The position numbers were made by a program, and so were the translations under genes. A DNA stretch of 64,000 nucleotides from Azolla caroliniana. Taxonomy: Eukaryota; Plantae; Polypodiophyta. Shown in pieces: positions 1 through 13,020 of the stretch; positions within the stretch are counted from its first letter, which is position 1, and every line of letters starts with the position of its first letter. The notes under the pieces were generated by a model. The model was not told where the DNA came from, ran no database searches, and was given only the letters and a program-made list of their open reading frames with translations. The stretch covers positions 4,898,001 to 4,962,000 of the forward strand of contig JBHGNT010000009.1 of NCBI GenBank assembly GCA_043228905.1, given 5' to 3'.

Positions 1-2760
1 GGATTGTCAAAGTAGGAATGCACAGCATCTAATAGCTCCAACCTTACATGTGATGGGGTTAAAGTCTCTATAATGACTGAAGAGATAAGAGGAAAGAGTA
101 TAGTGAGACTGGAGGCACAGCACAAAGTCTAATGAAGAACAACGAAACATGAGCAATAAAAGCAAAATATGATATTACATGCTACCATTGCGGTAGGAAA
201 GGCGATAAGAAGTCTGGTTGCAAGTATTTTAAGAAACAAATTGAATGTAGGAAGAATGCCAATGACAATGATGCAAAACAAACCATTTCTAAAGATAAAA
301 ATAGGCGATGAGAAGGCCAACTTGATCTCAAATGTGGTCATTGAAGAGTGCACTTAATGTAAAGCAAAATCTGTGCACATTGCCTTCAAATGATGCTTCC
401 ACTCTCCATATGTAAGTTATGCTATTGATGCATTACTTACTGTTAGCGATACACTGAATTAGACTTGGTTTGTAGACTATTCCACGTGACTCCTAGGATG
501 TGTTTCGTCACTTCTCATGTAAGAAATTATAGTGAAGTTTATTTGGGCAAGATTGCAGTATTGATTGTACAGGCATGGTGCATTTGGTTCTCAATGATGC
601 CAAGAGTCTAGAGTCTGTTGGTCAAATGGATGACTTTGAGAGTAGATCATGAAAATTAACAAAGGTTCTAGATTAGGTATCAAGGGCACAAAGATAAGCA
701 CTCTGTATTGCAGCAATTGTTGTAGAGGTTTGACTGTCACTTGGCGCTTTAACAAAAAGTTGGACCATATGAACCAAAAAGGATTAGATATCCTCCCTTA
801 CAGACACTTAATGACAAGGGCATGACAGATGATTTTTGTCATGATTATCAATGTGAAAAACAAGGGAGGATTTCCTGTTACTTTTGGATCTTGTCCATTT
901 TGATATTCATAGCATGCCAACTAAATCTATGGCGGTTCTTCATATTTTATTTGCTGATGATTGTTCAAGGAGAATTTGAGTTTATTTCTGAAAGGCAAAG
1001 ATGAAACCTTGGCTGTGTTTTAAGTTTTTTCATGTTTTTGTGACCACCTAAACAGGCGGAAAGCTAAATTGCCTGCATACAAAAGGGGCCGAGTTTTATG
1101 CATTGAATCCAGAAGATTATGGGAGTAGATTATGGGAGTAGCATGGCATAGAGAGGAAGGTAATAGCACCATATGATCCTTCTTCTAATGGCTTGGCTGA
1201 AACATGTTATAGGACACTATGTGAGTATGCCATGAATGCTATTTATAGCTAATCTCCCTTGTGGCTTTCGGAGAGAGGCTATTTGAACTGCAGTACATAT
1301 ATGCAGTAGATCCCCAAACACAATGTTGAAAAGTGGCATCCCTGAGAGCTTTTGTTTCCGCAAACTAGCCACAGATGACCATCTACACATCTTTGGTTTG
1401 ACGCACTTGTGCACATTAGATATGAGCTCAGGAATAAAGTTGAAGTTTGGTGAGTCCATTAAGGGCATCTTCCATTGGCGTGGTAAGGAAAATGAAATGG
1501 GTTACAGCATAAGGCTACCTCAGTTCAAAAATGTGGAATGCAGCCTGTAAGTCTTTAATTAGGCTAAGTTGCTTGATTTGTTGTGCCTCTAAGAAACATA
1601 GCAAAAATGCTAGATTTCAGCCACTGGTGATGATAATGTGCCTCAAGTGGAATTTCAAAGGACTGAAAATTCTCACGAATCCGTGGTGATGATAGGCAGC
1701 CATTCCATGCACCTATAAATCATGAGCAGCCAATGAATAAGGTTGAACATAAGGCTATAAATAGACAATCACTTAATAATGAAGATATTCTTGCCACTCT
1801 TAATGTAGATCCCATGCCTGACAATAGCAATGGGCATGGTTTTGGCTCAAACTGAACCGAACTGTTAAGCTATGGTTTAACGGTTTATTGGTTCCAAAAA
1901 AATTAATGGTTTGGTTTGGTTTGGATTTTTGATAAACTGTTCGGTTTGATTCTAAACCTCGGGTTTATAGATTTATAGGTTTATAGGTTTAAATGATTTG
2001 GTTTAAAGGTTTTTGGTTAACTTTTTTATACCTAACAGTTTATTAATTTAATGGTTTAATTAATAGTTTTTTATTGATTTAATTAATTTAACTTAAATGT
2101 TTATTTAATTTAATGGTTTAATTAAAGTTTCTTTTATTGATTTTATGAATTTAACTTAAATGTTTGTTTAATTTAATGTATTTTTGTTTATTTAGATGTT
2201 TAATTAGTTTGACATAAATTGTTAGGTTTAAATTTTTTATTCAATGGTTTGGTTTGGTTTCAACTTTTCCCTAAACGGTTTGGGTTTAAATGGTTTGATT
2301 TAAATACTTGAGAGTTTAAACGGTTTGGTTTGGTTTTTGTTTTATATAAACGGTTAAGTTTTGGTTCGGTTCGAACCGAACCGTGCCCATTGCTACCTGA
2401 AAATATAGAATGATAGACAGCCAACCCATACACCTAGAGAGATCATGAGCAGCCAATAAATAAGGTTGAAATTAGGGCTATATTGAAGATTTTGTGGCCC
2501 CTCCTGATGTAGATCCCATGCCTGATAATGTAGATAATTGGGTAGGAAGATTATATTGGATACAGGGGTATGATCCCTCCTTGCAATATATTATGTCAAT
2601 GATGAGGATGAGTGAGCTTCTTAAGTTAAAAGAGGCTACATCATGTGAATAAAAAGTCTGTCAATGATGAGGATAAGTGAGCTTCTTTCTTAGTTAAAAG
2701 AGGCTACATCATGTGAATAAAAAGTAAGTGAGATTTTGCAATGCAAAATGAAATATGAAG
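1..2760 (+). mobile_element. Highly degenerate Ty1/copia internal-domain remnant (gag/protease/integrase to start of RT)
   Basis: Frameshifted integrase-like pieces near 1170-1300 (P-x-SNGLAE, LP-x-FxxEA-xxTAV-type motifs). An AMQNE-type RT-start motif sits near 2740. No LTR was identified and the boundaries are approximate. Confidence 0.6.
1825..2395. mobile_element. hAT-type MITE (571 bp)
   Basis: TIRs TAGCAATGGGCA (1825-1836) and TGCCCATTGCTA (2384-2395). 8-bp TSD CCTGACAA (1817-1824) / CCTGAAAA (2396-2403), one mismatch. Subterminal AACCG/CGGTT motifs and an AT-rich core. Confidence 0.88.
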
Positions 2761-3431
2761 CATATTAGCCATAACTATAATCATCATTTTTCCTTGCTGG
2801 GTCTAGAGCACAGGTTCTCATGGTACTTGTTGAATATATTAAACATGAGACTAATATCAGGTAGCACTACTCCTCTCTTTAAGGCATGTCCCCATATCAA
2901 ATATCATTTCTCAGGCAGATTCCAAATCTGTGAGAATGTCCAAACAGAAGGCAAATCGGTGAAAATGCAAAAATCCAAATGCTTGGCATTGAAGGCATAT
3001 CTAGCACAACTATTGGAGTATAGACACAAGGTAAATAAAATCAACCCCAATTTGTATTGCTGCTGAGACCATGTGTCATATTTTCCAACAAGCTGCAGAA
3101 TTAAGAGGGATTTGTCTCATGTAAAAACATCTGCGGTTATCTAAGTTGGCTGCTATACCTTAGGAGGGAACGTTCCAAATCTCTGCCACTACTACAGAAC
3201 AAAGAACTGAGAAGCACTTTGTATTCGTACTCTGAACTTAAAATAAAAGAGTGCAAATGTCTGAATTAATTTGGCCTGCAAGTAGTTTATGTGCTTTATG
3301 AGACTTAAAATTGTTATGTAACAAGAATCTTCTGTACAAAAGATGAATACAATGTAAGCAGTTCTTGAGCAACATTAAGAAAATCACGTACATGTGATTT
3401 TTCTTCTGAACTTTTGTTTCAAGGCCATTGT

Positions 3432-3580
3432 AGACAGATAATGGCCATACATGTTATATTTCTTCATTAGGCATAGCCTAAAGTTTAGAAAAACAGCAGG
3501 GAAATAGACAGATAGTGGCAATACACGTTATATTTCTTCATTAGGCATAGCCTAAAGTTCAGAAAAACAGCAGGGAAATA
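3432..3580. repeat. Tandem duplication of about 75 bp downstream of the ARM gene
   Basis: Two copies of ...TTATATTTCTTCATTAGGCATAGCCTAAAGTT(T/C)AGAAAAACAGCAGGGAAATA. Confidence 0.8.
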
Positions 3581-4298
3581 ACCGAAATGGAGTGTCAGAC
3601 ACAGCCCACTGAAAAACATACTGTGTACGGGGCATTTTCACATGTCATAGTAATGTCCTTGTTTAAGTACATATTGTGAAATATCCTATGTACTATGGTT
3701 ACCCTAGATGCATATGCCAACATGTCTGCATATTGAAGATGTTTTACAACTTAGCATGGTATCTTTTGAGAGTTTCATATCTTGTGCCCTTCCTAAGTCC
3801 TTCTCATTATCATTCACATTGGATCTATGGACAGCCAAAATTTCCCAGCATTTTATGTGTATTTTCAATACGTTTTTGCCCAAAACAGCTAACAGAGGAG
3901 AGAAAACACCCAAAAGAAGAAATAAATAGAGAAAATTAAAACGCTTAAGAAGGAAAGCGACAGGAAACATCTGAACGTGATATTTATAATTATAGGCTCT
4001 TTAAAAATACAAAATACACAATCATGATCTTCCGAAATGTCATTTGCATTGTTTCCTTCTCAGCAGCATGAAACAGTTACTCTTGCAAATGTGTTAATGA
4101 AAGGTAAAATATAGCTTACCAATCAATGATTACCGTGGACATCAAGCCCAATAAACTTGAGCGTCCTCAAAAGGCATAACAGCAGATGAGTCCTTTCTAC
4201 TAATCACCAGCAAGAGAATTTAGTATGGCATATTGATCCTTTTGCCCATGGTACTGGATAAAAAACCTCAATAGAACACCTCCAGTACAGATAAATAT

Positions 4299-7200
4299 TC
4301 AAACATTGATCAATCCCATGAACTGCTCTAAAGCCGTCTTTACACGATCCTGCAGCACACAGAAGAATTGCTATTCAACTTTCAAGATGCTTTCACAAAA
4401 GAATAAAATTATAAATTAAAGTCATGTTAATGAACACTGACCTTCACATCCATACAAGGATCATCTACCATTCTTGTCAGCTGTTGCTCTATACCTGCCT
4501 CCCGGAGCATTACTACTCTAGTTGCAGCACCAGAACTATCAGGATAACTCAAGTTCATAACACACCATACAGCAGCTACACGAAGTTGTGAATTGCTCTT
4601 GTCCTGAAGGAATCTCAACATGGGGGAAGCACCACATCCTGCACCTGGAGCCACAAACTTCATGACTGCATCCTTGTGGAATTCATTACCGGCAGCGATA
4701 TTGCTTAGTACATACACACCCTATCATATGCTTTCAATAATCAGTTAAAAAAGAAGATGAATCAAATCGACAAATTTCCCAGAAAATATCATATATTTAA
4801 AATCATCATGAATCAAATTTAAAACATCGCCAGGCAAGTGTAGAACCTGAGTGCAGACTTCAGGCCTTGAAGCAATGCAAAGTTGCCTTTCAACAGAAGC
4901 AAGGATAGCACCATCTTCAGTAAATACTTGTTGTACAGAATCCACACTCCCATACACAAGATTTCGCACAAAAGCTAAAGCTTGTTCTTCCACCATCTCC
5001 TCACAATCTGGTTAAAATACACAGAAATTTGTGATACTATGCAGTCAGAAACAGGCATCTCAAGGCTTCATGCTCTTTCCAATCGAATTTGTGTTTCAAT
5101 ACATGGTCATTTGACATGAAGGTTTAATGTATCCATGAAATGGAAATAATTGCAGTCACAAACAGACATCATCATATGCTTGATAATAGTTTCAATCGGA
5201 GAATACGTTATGTTCTTAATAGCTCATGTATTTCTAATCCATCAGCCAAATATCCTTGATAAAGCAGAATAGACAGAAATACTTTAATAAGAATTTGAAA
5301 CACTAATGCAAACTTACCATGAATCAAACTTATAAGTGTGGATACAGTCAACTCTGCCATTACTTTTTCCTTGACTGACATATCCGCCAAATATAGAAGA
5401 TTTCTTAAAGCCCAAACAGCATTCAACCGTAACATTGAATCCATTGATTGGGCTAGTTGAATAAGCTGGCTGACACCTCCACATTGAAAAAATACTGACT
5501 TGTAAGGAGTGAAATCCAGCACAACATTACTGACAGCACTTAATGCAGCAATCTGCAGTAAATTGTCTGTAAATAAAATAGTGAATTTAAAATATTAAAA
5601 AGTGAGATTAGTGAGCCCGGGTTCTAACCTGAACAAGAGGAGAAGGATCATCTAGGAGTTTGAAAAGAGAAAATACAAGTCGTTCATCAGATAAACTTGT
5701 TCGCAGATTCTGTCCCCAGAAAGCAAGTTAGAAGTGTAAAAAACTAATTTAAAAACAGTGTTACAATGGAAATATCTCCTAACCTTAACAGATCTGGATA
5801 TGCTCTTTATACAAGTACATGCTGCCACTCTCACTCCTTCAGATGGATTAGATAAAGCAGACATGATCGCCTTTTGTGTCTGTTTAAAGAGAAATATTAG
5901 AATTCCAATTACCCATCATATAGTTAAGCAGCATTTCTCTCCTACCTTACAAACTAAAACTAGGTGATTTATCATTTCATCCAAAGATGTGTTCTTTAAT
6001 GTTAATATCAATGTTTCTAAAGATAGGCCAAGGAAACATACAGCCTTCCCAGACTCTTGATCAAGCAATTGTCTCCGGCTATCTTCCAACCTTGAACACA
6101 GCTCAGCAAGTGACATTAGAACACCCTCAAGCTGCTTCGTTGAAAGAGAGCCTCTTTGCAACAAGGCACAAAGCTTCACGATGGCATCAAATTTATAAGC
6201 TGCTCTCTGGAGTTCTTCATTATTAGCAACAATGTCTGCTAGTACCATAGTAGAATCCTCTCCCACTTGCCCAGACTCCTCAACCAACTTTATAACAACT
6301 GCAAGCATACTTGCCCTTACTTCCCATTCTTGTGGATAAGAACAAGGGCATGATCTGCTTATATTTGCAAGGCACATGCATGCAAGAACCCTTGTTCTCG
6401 GTGCTTTATCCTTCACAAACTTGATGATAGAGGCCAGAGCTTTTCCTTGATCCATAGCCACAAGTCTCATTGAAATTTGAGGATTATTCTTCACTAATGC
6501 GGCAAGTCCATCAAGGACAGCTTCTCTTCTCCTCACAGATGCTGAAAGAAGGCTCACTAACTTCTGCAGCCCACCTGCATCCACAATAGCCCGTTGATGT
6601 TGTGAAGTCTCACAACATCTTGCAACAACATGGGCAGCAACCTCAGCCACATTTTCATTTCCACTATATAACAGAGCTAATAGTTGCTCCATTCTTTGCC
6701 CAGCCAACATGTCATCTTTTGGAGCAAGACTAGATTGGAATATCATCTTTAAAGTGCGAGCACAAGACTCTACTACCTGCTGCATACAGAAATTTGATAT
6801 CAGAACTTCCAAATTCCAAGTTTTAACCTTGTATTAAAACTGAGGAACCATGCCTCCTGACATGTTGCAGTATGGGGTTATGAGGTATCCTGCATTCAAA
6901 AGGTAGGCAGACAAGAATCTGGTCCAGTAGAATAGACTTGAAAAAAGGAACATGTAGAAAAAAAATGGGTTACAACAATAATGATTTTAAGATAACAAAA
7001 AAGCACACAGGACTCCATGTTCCGGTAGTTCTCTTTCGTGCAGTGAGATGAGAACCTTGTCCTTGGTATAGCAAGTTCTGCATGTGCAGACAAGCATATG
7101 TTGAACATAAAGATATCATTCATCACTAGATGAATTGGTGATGACTCAGATCTCGTACATTTTTACATTCAATCACATACATGTGAATATATTAAAAACA

Positions 7201-8069
7201 GAATTCCATCCATCATATCTTGCATCTATGTCCCTTTATGAAGATATATTGAACACTTGTAATATACATTGTTACAATAACTTCGAAGATCCATCAAACC
7301 TCACATCTAAGTACATTTAAACAGATGGATCAGTGAAGTTGGTCTTCTTCACATTCCCTCAGTGCTATTTTCAATCAAAATTAAGAAGCTAATCTGTACA
7401 TGCCTTTTTTATGCCAGCATTTAAGCCCAACCGTATGTAAAACGAGCACACATGAAACATCTCGCCTATGTATACTCATGAAGATGAGCTTGTGAAGTAC
7501 ATGTGGTTTATTAGACCAGCATTGAAGTCCACATATGGAAAAAAAAATAGATCCTCGAACAGTGAGAAGAGCTAACATCTTCCAGATCTTTACAATGTCA
7601 GCATTTAGAGTACACATAGTGTTAAACATAAAAATCATAGATGCTAATGTCTAAATGCCTTTTAAAGATGCCAGTATTTATAAGACTGCAATACACATAC
7701 ATACAGAAACAGAAATCCATAAATATAAGAGGTAAGCCCAACCTTGTTATCTCCAAATGAGAGCATTTTCAAGAGATGGGGAAGAACTCCACTATCGAGG
7801 ACAGCCTTAACACCAGCTTCATTTCCACACGCAAAACTACCAACAGCAGCAGCAGATTGCACTAGCAAAGGTGTTTCGGTATCACTAGCGAGAATTTCGA
7901 CTACTCGAGGCACTGCTCCCAGCTTTATATAAGAAAGCTTTTTGGTCTTATTTCCGATAATCTGATTCTTTACATCTCGAAGAGCCTTTAGCCTCGCAGA
8001 GGTATCAAGAGAGCTGAGATTTTCCACCAGATCTTCAGGCTTTGCCCATCCAGCAGAAGAAGCCGGCAT
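4299..8069 (-). CDS. ARMC8: Armadillo-repeat protein, ARMC8/GID5-like (CTLH/GID E3 ligase subunit); exons 8069-7743, 6776-6042, 5879-5784, 5709-5629, 5552-5318, 5007-4847, 4720-4442, 4349-4299
   Basis: All 7 introns are GT-AG with consistent phases. The spliced length is 1965 nt (654 aa). The N-terminus LKALRDVKNQIIGNKTKKLSYIKLGAVP and the motifs AAAVGSFACG and SMDSMLRLNAVWALRNL match ARMC8 proteins as I recall them. The C-terminus is DRVKTALEQF. Confidence 0.92.
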
Positions 8070-8988
8070 CCCGACCGAAATGTGTGAAACAGCAAATACT
8101 TCCTTTACTTTAATAGAAGCAGACACTTTGGAGCTATATCAAAGAAAAAGTTTAGGCTCCACAAACAAGAAATGTCCATTTATGTGAAACACAAAAACAG
8201 AGCATTCAGACCTATATCAAAAGATGGTTAAGAACCATAGACAAGAAAGAGCATCTAAATAAGTGCAAATTAAGGCCTTTTTATAGTGAAGACAGAGTAT
8301 CTCTTTGCATATAGCTACAAAATTACATACCTTAATCAAGACGCACTCTGTTTTTCACCATGTCAATTACTTGGATTGAATCAGAGAGTTTAAACCTAGA
8401 TCAAAACATGGGTTGATTTGGTTAGAACAAGATAATGCCATCTGAGCAAATGCAAAAACAGAGCACTTCTCGCATAAACAGAGCATTTTTTTGGGGGGGG
8501 GTATAGAAATCGAGCATTTCTTTTGGTACAAAGAGAAGATTTTCCTGGCAGTGTAAGCATAGAGAAATCCATACCTGAATCGTGACATACTCTGTTTCTC
8601 CATAATCCTTGAAAGGCGATAAATTTAGGGATAGAAATAAATATGGGCATACTGCTCATTTGAAAAGAAAAGAAAAGAAGCATCGGATCGATGGATTGAC
8701 GGATTGATGGATTGATGGATTGATTGATTGATTAAAGAATGGGTGGATTGATTGATCAAAGAACAGAGTTTCGGCGAGGGGGGGAGAGGGAATCAGCAAA
8801 ACCAAAGGAGGTTTCTGCAGGTTATTATTATGAGAGAAGAAAAGTTAGGGACAGTGGAGGAAGATCCTCTGATTCTCTGCAGAGAAACCCTAAAAAGAGG
8901 GATGCAGAAGAAGAGAAGAATCTCTTGGGGAGAGGGGGAGAGAGAGAGTCACGACTTATTTTGATATTGACCTTCTTTCATCATCTAC

Positions 8989-8989
<1 letters not shown>

Positions 8990-9019
<30 letters not shown>

Positions 9020-9130
9020 TGTATGTATGTATGTATGCATTATATGTATGTATCTAGGGCTTCAAGAGTTATGTATGTATGTATGTATGTATGTATGTAT
9101 GTATGTATGTATCTAGGGCTTCAAGAGTTA
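8990..9130. repeat. (TATG)n microsatellite, duplicated together with ATCTAGGGCTTCAAGAGTTA
   Basis: Two (TATG)n blocks, each followed by the same 20-mer. Confidence 0.85.
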
Positions 9131-9634
9131 CGCCCTTTGATGACCATTATACCCTTCTTCTCTCTCTCTCTCTCTCTCTCTTAGAGAGAGAAACAACACA
9201 ATGGAACAAAAGATAATGTGTGGGGGGGGGGGGTGTCAAGGAAAGAGAGAGAGAGAGAGACAAAGAGAGACAAAGAGAGAGAGAGATCCAAGACAACAAG
9301 AACAAAAGATAATGTGGGGTATTGTCTAGGAAGTGACAATGAAGAGAGAAAATTAGGTTGCCCCAAGACAAAGAGAGACAATGAAAACCAGGGGGGGAGG
9401 GGGAGAGCGAATGGATGTATTCCAGGGGGGATGAGAGAGACACACAGACATTGGTTTGTTGTTGACCCCACCGCCACGAGACTAACCCTGGCCACGAATC
9501 TCATCTCCGAGATGGGTGTTGAGAGATCATGGCGAGGTTTCGCCTGGCTTGGGAGCTCTGTATCGTCCAGAGCTCCTACACTCCGAGGAATTCCTTCGTG
9601 GAGGTGGTGGCGAGGGTGTGGGGCGAGCAACACT

Positions 9635-9905
9635 ACATTGAGCTACATTGCTACATGTTGATTGTTTGTTCGGATCCGCTACCTCCATGTGGAGGGTCGA
9701 TCACTGTCAAACCTCCTCGTCATCGAACCATACAGAGCCTTGGGGTTCACATTGTTGAACCCTTTTCGACGACATTGAGCTACGCGACTATTAATTGATT
9801 GTTTGTTAAGATCCGCTACCTCTATGTGGAAGGTCGATCAATGTAAGACCTCGCCATCAAACCATTCTCAGCCTTGGGGTTGACACCGTTGAACCCTTTT
9901 TGACT
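9635..9905. repeat. Diverged tandem duplication of about 135 bp
   Basis: ACATTGAGCTAC...TTGATTGTTTGTT..GATCCGCTACCTC.ATGTGGA.GGTCGATCA...AGCCTTGGGGTT.ACA..GTTGAACCCTTTT occurs twice. Confidence 0.75.
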
Positions 9906-10124
9906 TTTCCCTTTGCTTCAATCCCCTCCTTTCACACTCGACACCTTAGGATGAATGGGAGGGGGGGCATTTTATGTTGCCAAAATACCATAAGTTTGGA
10001 TACAATGCACAAACTCCTAAAGTCTACCCAAATACACCATCTATAAAGTTTAAAAGAAACTTACGCACAACACCACCGACAAATATACACTTATGATTCT
10101 ATACAAGAACACGCACATTCATGT

Positions 10125-10174
<50 letters not shown>

Positions 10175-10625
10175 CACACACACACACACACATTTCAAAC
10201 AAGCACATGCACATTTACACATAAGCCCATCTCTATTCAAACAATTCACAAACTAATTACATATATTCACATTCTATCACATGAATTTGCTGAATACGAA
10301 CACATACACGTACATGTCAAAGAACATGGGCACACATTTATAAGAACCCCCCATACATTAAAAAGACACATTTGCATATGCATTGATATGCACATGTTTA
10401 TACCAGAAGATATTGCAAGTACCCACAAATACATGTAGAGATGCACAGATACAAAACTTTATCCCACACAAAAAGTACATATTTACACATTCATTGGCAA
10501 CCATGGCAATCCGATGTTGTGATGTGGTGTGCTCATGGGAAGAAAAGCATCAAACTCCAGGTTTTATTAGAGGTGGAAGGCTAGGACGAAGGTATGACTC
10601 CAAGGACTTGTGACCGGACGAGGAT

Positions 10626-11070
10626 TAACAATCGGCAACGGTTCGAGACTGTAAAAACCAAGCTGTTTAAAAATTTTGAAACTTAAACCGAACCGAACCA
10701 TGAAACCATTTTAACTTAACTGTTACAAAAAATCCAAATCGTTAAACCATTAAACCGTTTAAACTGCGGTTTCATGGATTGGTTTCGATTTTCAAGTTAG
10801 GTTAAAATTCAAAAATTTCAAATATTTAAAGTTTTTTCCTAAAATGTGAGAATTAAGCTTTAAAATGAAAAGGTTGTTTAAAAAAATATTTTAAAAATCA
10901 ACTAAACAAACAAATCGTTTTAACCGAACCGAACTGTTTAAACCATCAAGCTGTTAAGTCGTGATTTCACGGTTCGATTTGAACTGAACCATTAAAAAAC
11001 ACTTGAACTTGAACCGAACTATTTAAACTGTCACGTCGTTAAGTTGTGTTTTTGCGGTTGCCAATTGTTA
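10626..11070. mobile_element. MITE, hAT-like, related in architecture to 1825-2395
   Basis: Imperfect TIRs TAACAATCGGCAAC / GTTGCCAATTGTTA. Many AACCG(AACCG)/CGGTT subterminal motifs. No clean TSD seen. Confidence 0.7.
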
Positions 11071-11087
11071 GGCTTAAGACAACAAAA

Positions 11088-11160
11088 AGGTATAGCTCAA
11101 TCGGCAAGAAATTATGCCTTCAAAATAAAAAAGGTCAAAGAGTTCGAATAATGTGGAGGC
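11088..11160 (+). other. tRNA-derived (SINE-head-like) Pol III cassette
   Basis: A-box TAGCTCAATCGG (11093-11104) and B-box-like AGTTCGAATAA (11141-11151). I see no convincing cloverleaf. Confidence 0.55.
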
Positions 11161-12474
11161 AATGAGAACAGATGGACATGATGATTGACTTTTTGCTCAC
11201 ACCAAGCGCCCTGAGTGTTTATGTATGTTTGGATATATGCGCGGAAGTATGTGTATGAGGACCTATCTTTCTATGCACAACAAACAACACAGATATGAAG
11301 TGATAAGAAGAAGAAGAAGATAGATGCAATAAATACAATTAGAGCTTCAAAAGTTCTCTATTTCTCTGTAACTCTCTCTCTACAAGACAAAAGATCGATC
11401 ATACTCGTTACAATGTTAGATTAGAGTTTATATACTCAAACCCTAACTATTTGGACGTGTTCACACTTGTATGGATACAAAGTGGAAGGAGTCAACGTTT
11501 TATGCCAACAAACTCTCATGTAAAAGGACTACTCTTTCTTATGTATACAAATGATTGGGGTTATCTCCCCCGTAAACCTAGATTACAAGTCTAATCTATA
11601 GGTACATATATACAAGCTAGGTTGTCGGCATGTAACCGAAGTTGTAGAGGTAAAGTCGGTTTTCAACCTGATTCGGCTGATTGTCCAAATTGGAGTTGGC
11701 TTGTCGAAACCGCTCGGATTGACTATACAGGTCGACTTTCCACCTGAGTCGGCTCGTTCGGTCGGTCGGCTCGTATCCAATTCCGACTCTCGTCCTCTAC
11801 CCGATCGTCTATTCTCCACTCATACTTGCTCCTGTGCTCTCTGCTAGATTCTCGGTCTGTCTTCCGACTTGTTCATCCCTCGATTGTTTCTTCTCTAGTC
11901 GGTGTCCTTGCTTAGTGCGACATATTTGATCTCTCGATATTCCGACTTTGCAGACTTTGATCCTGCATCTCGTTTGATCCGGTCAGTTTTTGACTTACCT
12001 TTTGCACTGTGTTCGGCTTTCTTTTGCTTTGTCGCTTGTCATAGTCACATTTTTGTCCTCAGTGCTTTGAAGTGTTGATATGGGAGTGGCTTTGTCAGGC
12101 AATCGGCAATGTTCACCTCAGTGTCGATCTTCCAGACTTCAAATTTTTTTTTGGTTACTAGCTCTCGTATGTGATGATACTGCACATCAATATGCTTTTT
12201 CTTCACATGATAGACATGATTATTGATAAGGTGTATTGCACTCTGTGAGTCGCAGTAGATGCTTGGTGCTAGGTGGTCGATTCGGCTCGTAGCTAAGAAG
12301 TCGGCAGTCAGTTGGTGCAGCCAGATCACTTCCTTCACTGCCTCCGATGTTGCTATGTACTTAGCCTGTGTGGTAGATAGAGTCATGCACTCTTGAAGCT
12401 TCGACCTCCATGATATGACACTGCAACCATAGGTGAAGATGTAGCCTTATGTTGACTTCCGATTATTCAGATTC

Positions 12475-13020
12475 TGTCGTGACTCTTGAGTAGGAAGCAG
12501 AGAGAGAGCGATGGCGATAGAGATAACGATAACGATAGAGATGGCGAGAGCGGTAGAGATAGCGATAGTGATAGCAAAAGAGAGTGAAAGAGGGAGAGAG
12601 TGCGAGAGAGAGAAAAGTATAAGTGAGAGATAAGAAATGGGAATGAGATTATATTATGAGAAAGAAGATTACAAGGAGTAGGCTAAGGGCTAAAGACTGG
12701 TGTTGAACCGAATGAGTTGTGATGAGTGTATGGACTCTTATTTATAGGCCCTTATGGAGTATTCTAGAATGTTCTAGAATATTTTAGATATTTATGAATA
12801 ATAATAATAATAAATATAATCATGAAATATTCAAGAACATTCTAGAATAATCTAGAATGTTCTAAATATCTCGTAATAACTAAACATATAATTATAATGT
12901 CATGAAGACATACATCTTGGCTTATCATGACATTCATCTTGGCGAACCAGGAATCGAACCCATAACCTCTTGGTTTACATATTGTACTTTAACCATTGTA
13001 ATAACATATGTGAGATGTAA
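12475..13020 (-). mobile_element. Truncated LTR-like segment from a second family
   Basis: Starts TGTCGTGA exactly where the copia RNase H breaks. Contains GA-rich tracts, a TATA on the minus strand (TATTTATAGG near 12740), TTCTAGAA repeats and the hairpin AATGTCATGA..TCATGACATT. Joins gypsy RT at about 13020. Confidence 0.55.

Noticed and set aside
3960-4120. Possible 3' UTR intron of ARMC8 (minus-strand donor GTAAGC near 4118)
   Set aside because: A donor-like hexamer alone is insufficient without transcript data.
8739-9798. Overlapping 90-150 aa ORFs on both strands
   Set aside because: They are explained by (TATG)n/(GA)n microsatellites and GC-rich repeats, and contain no recognisable domain.
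12940-12960. TGGCGAACC... as a PBS for a plus-strand LTR ending at 12932
   Set aside because: It is 7 nt from the putative end, the tRNA similarity extends about 60 nt, and the TATA orientation points to the minus strand. It fits an internal cassette better, though the PBS reading is not fully excluded.
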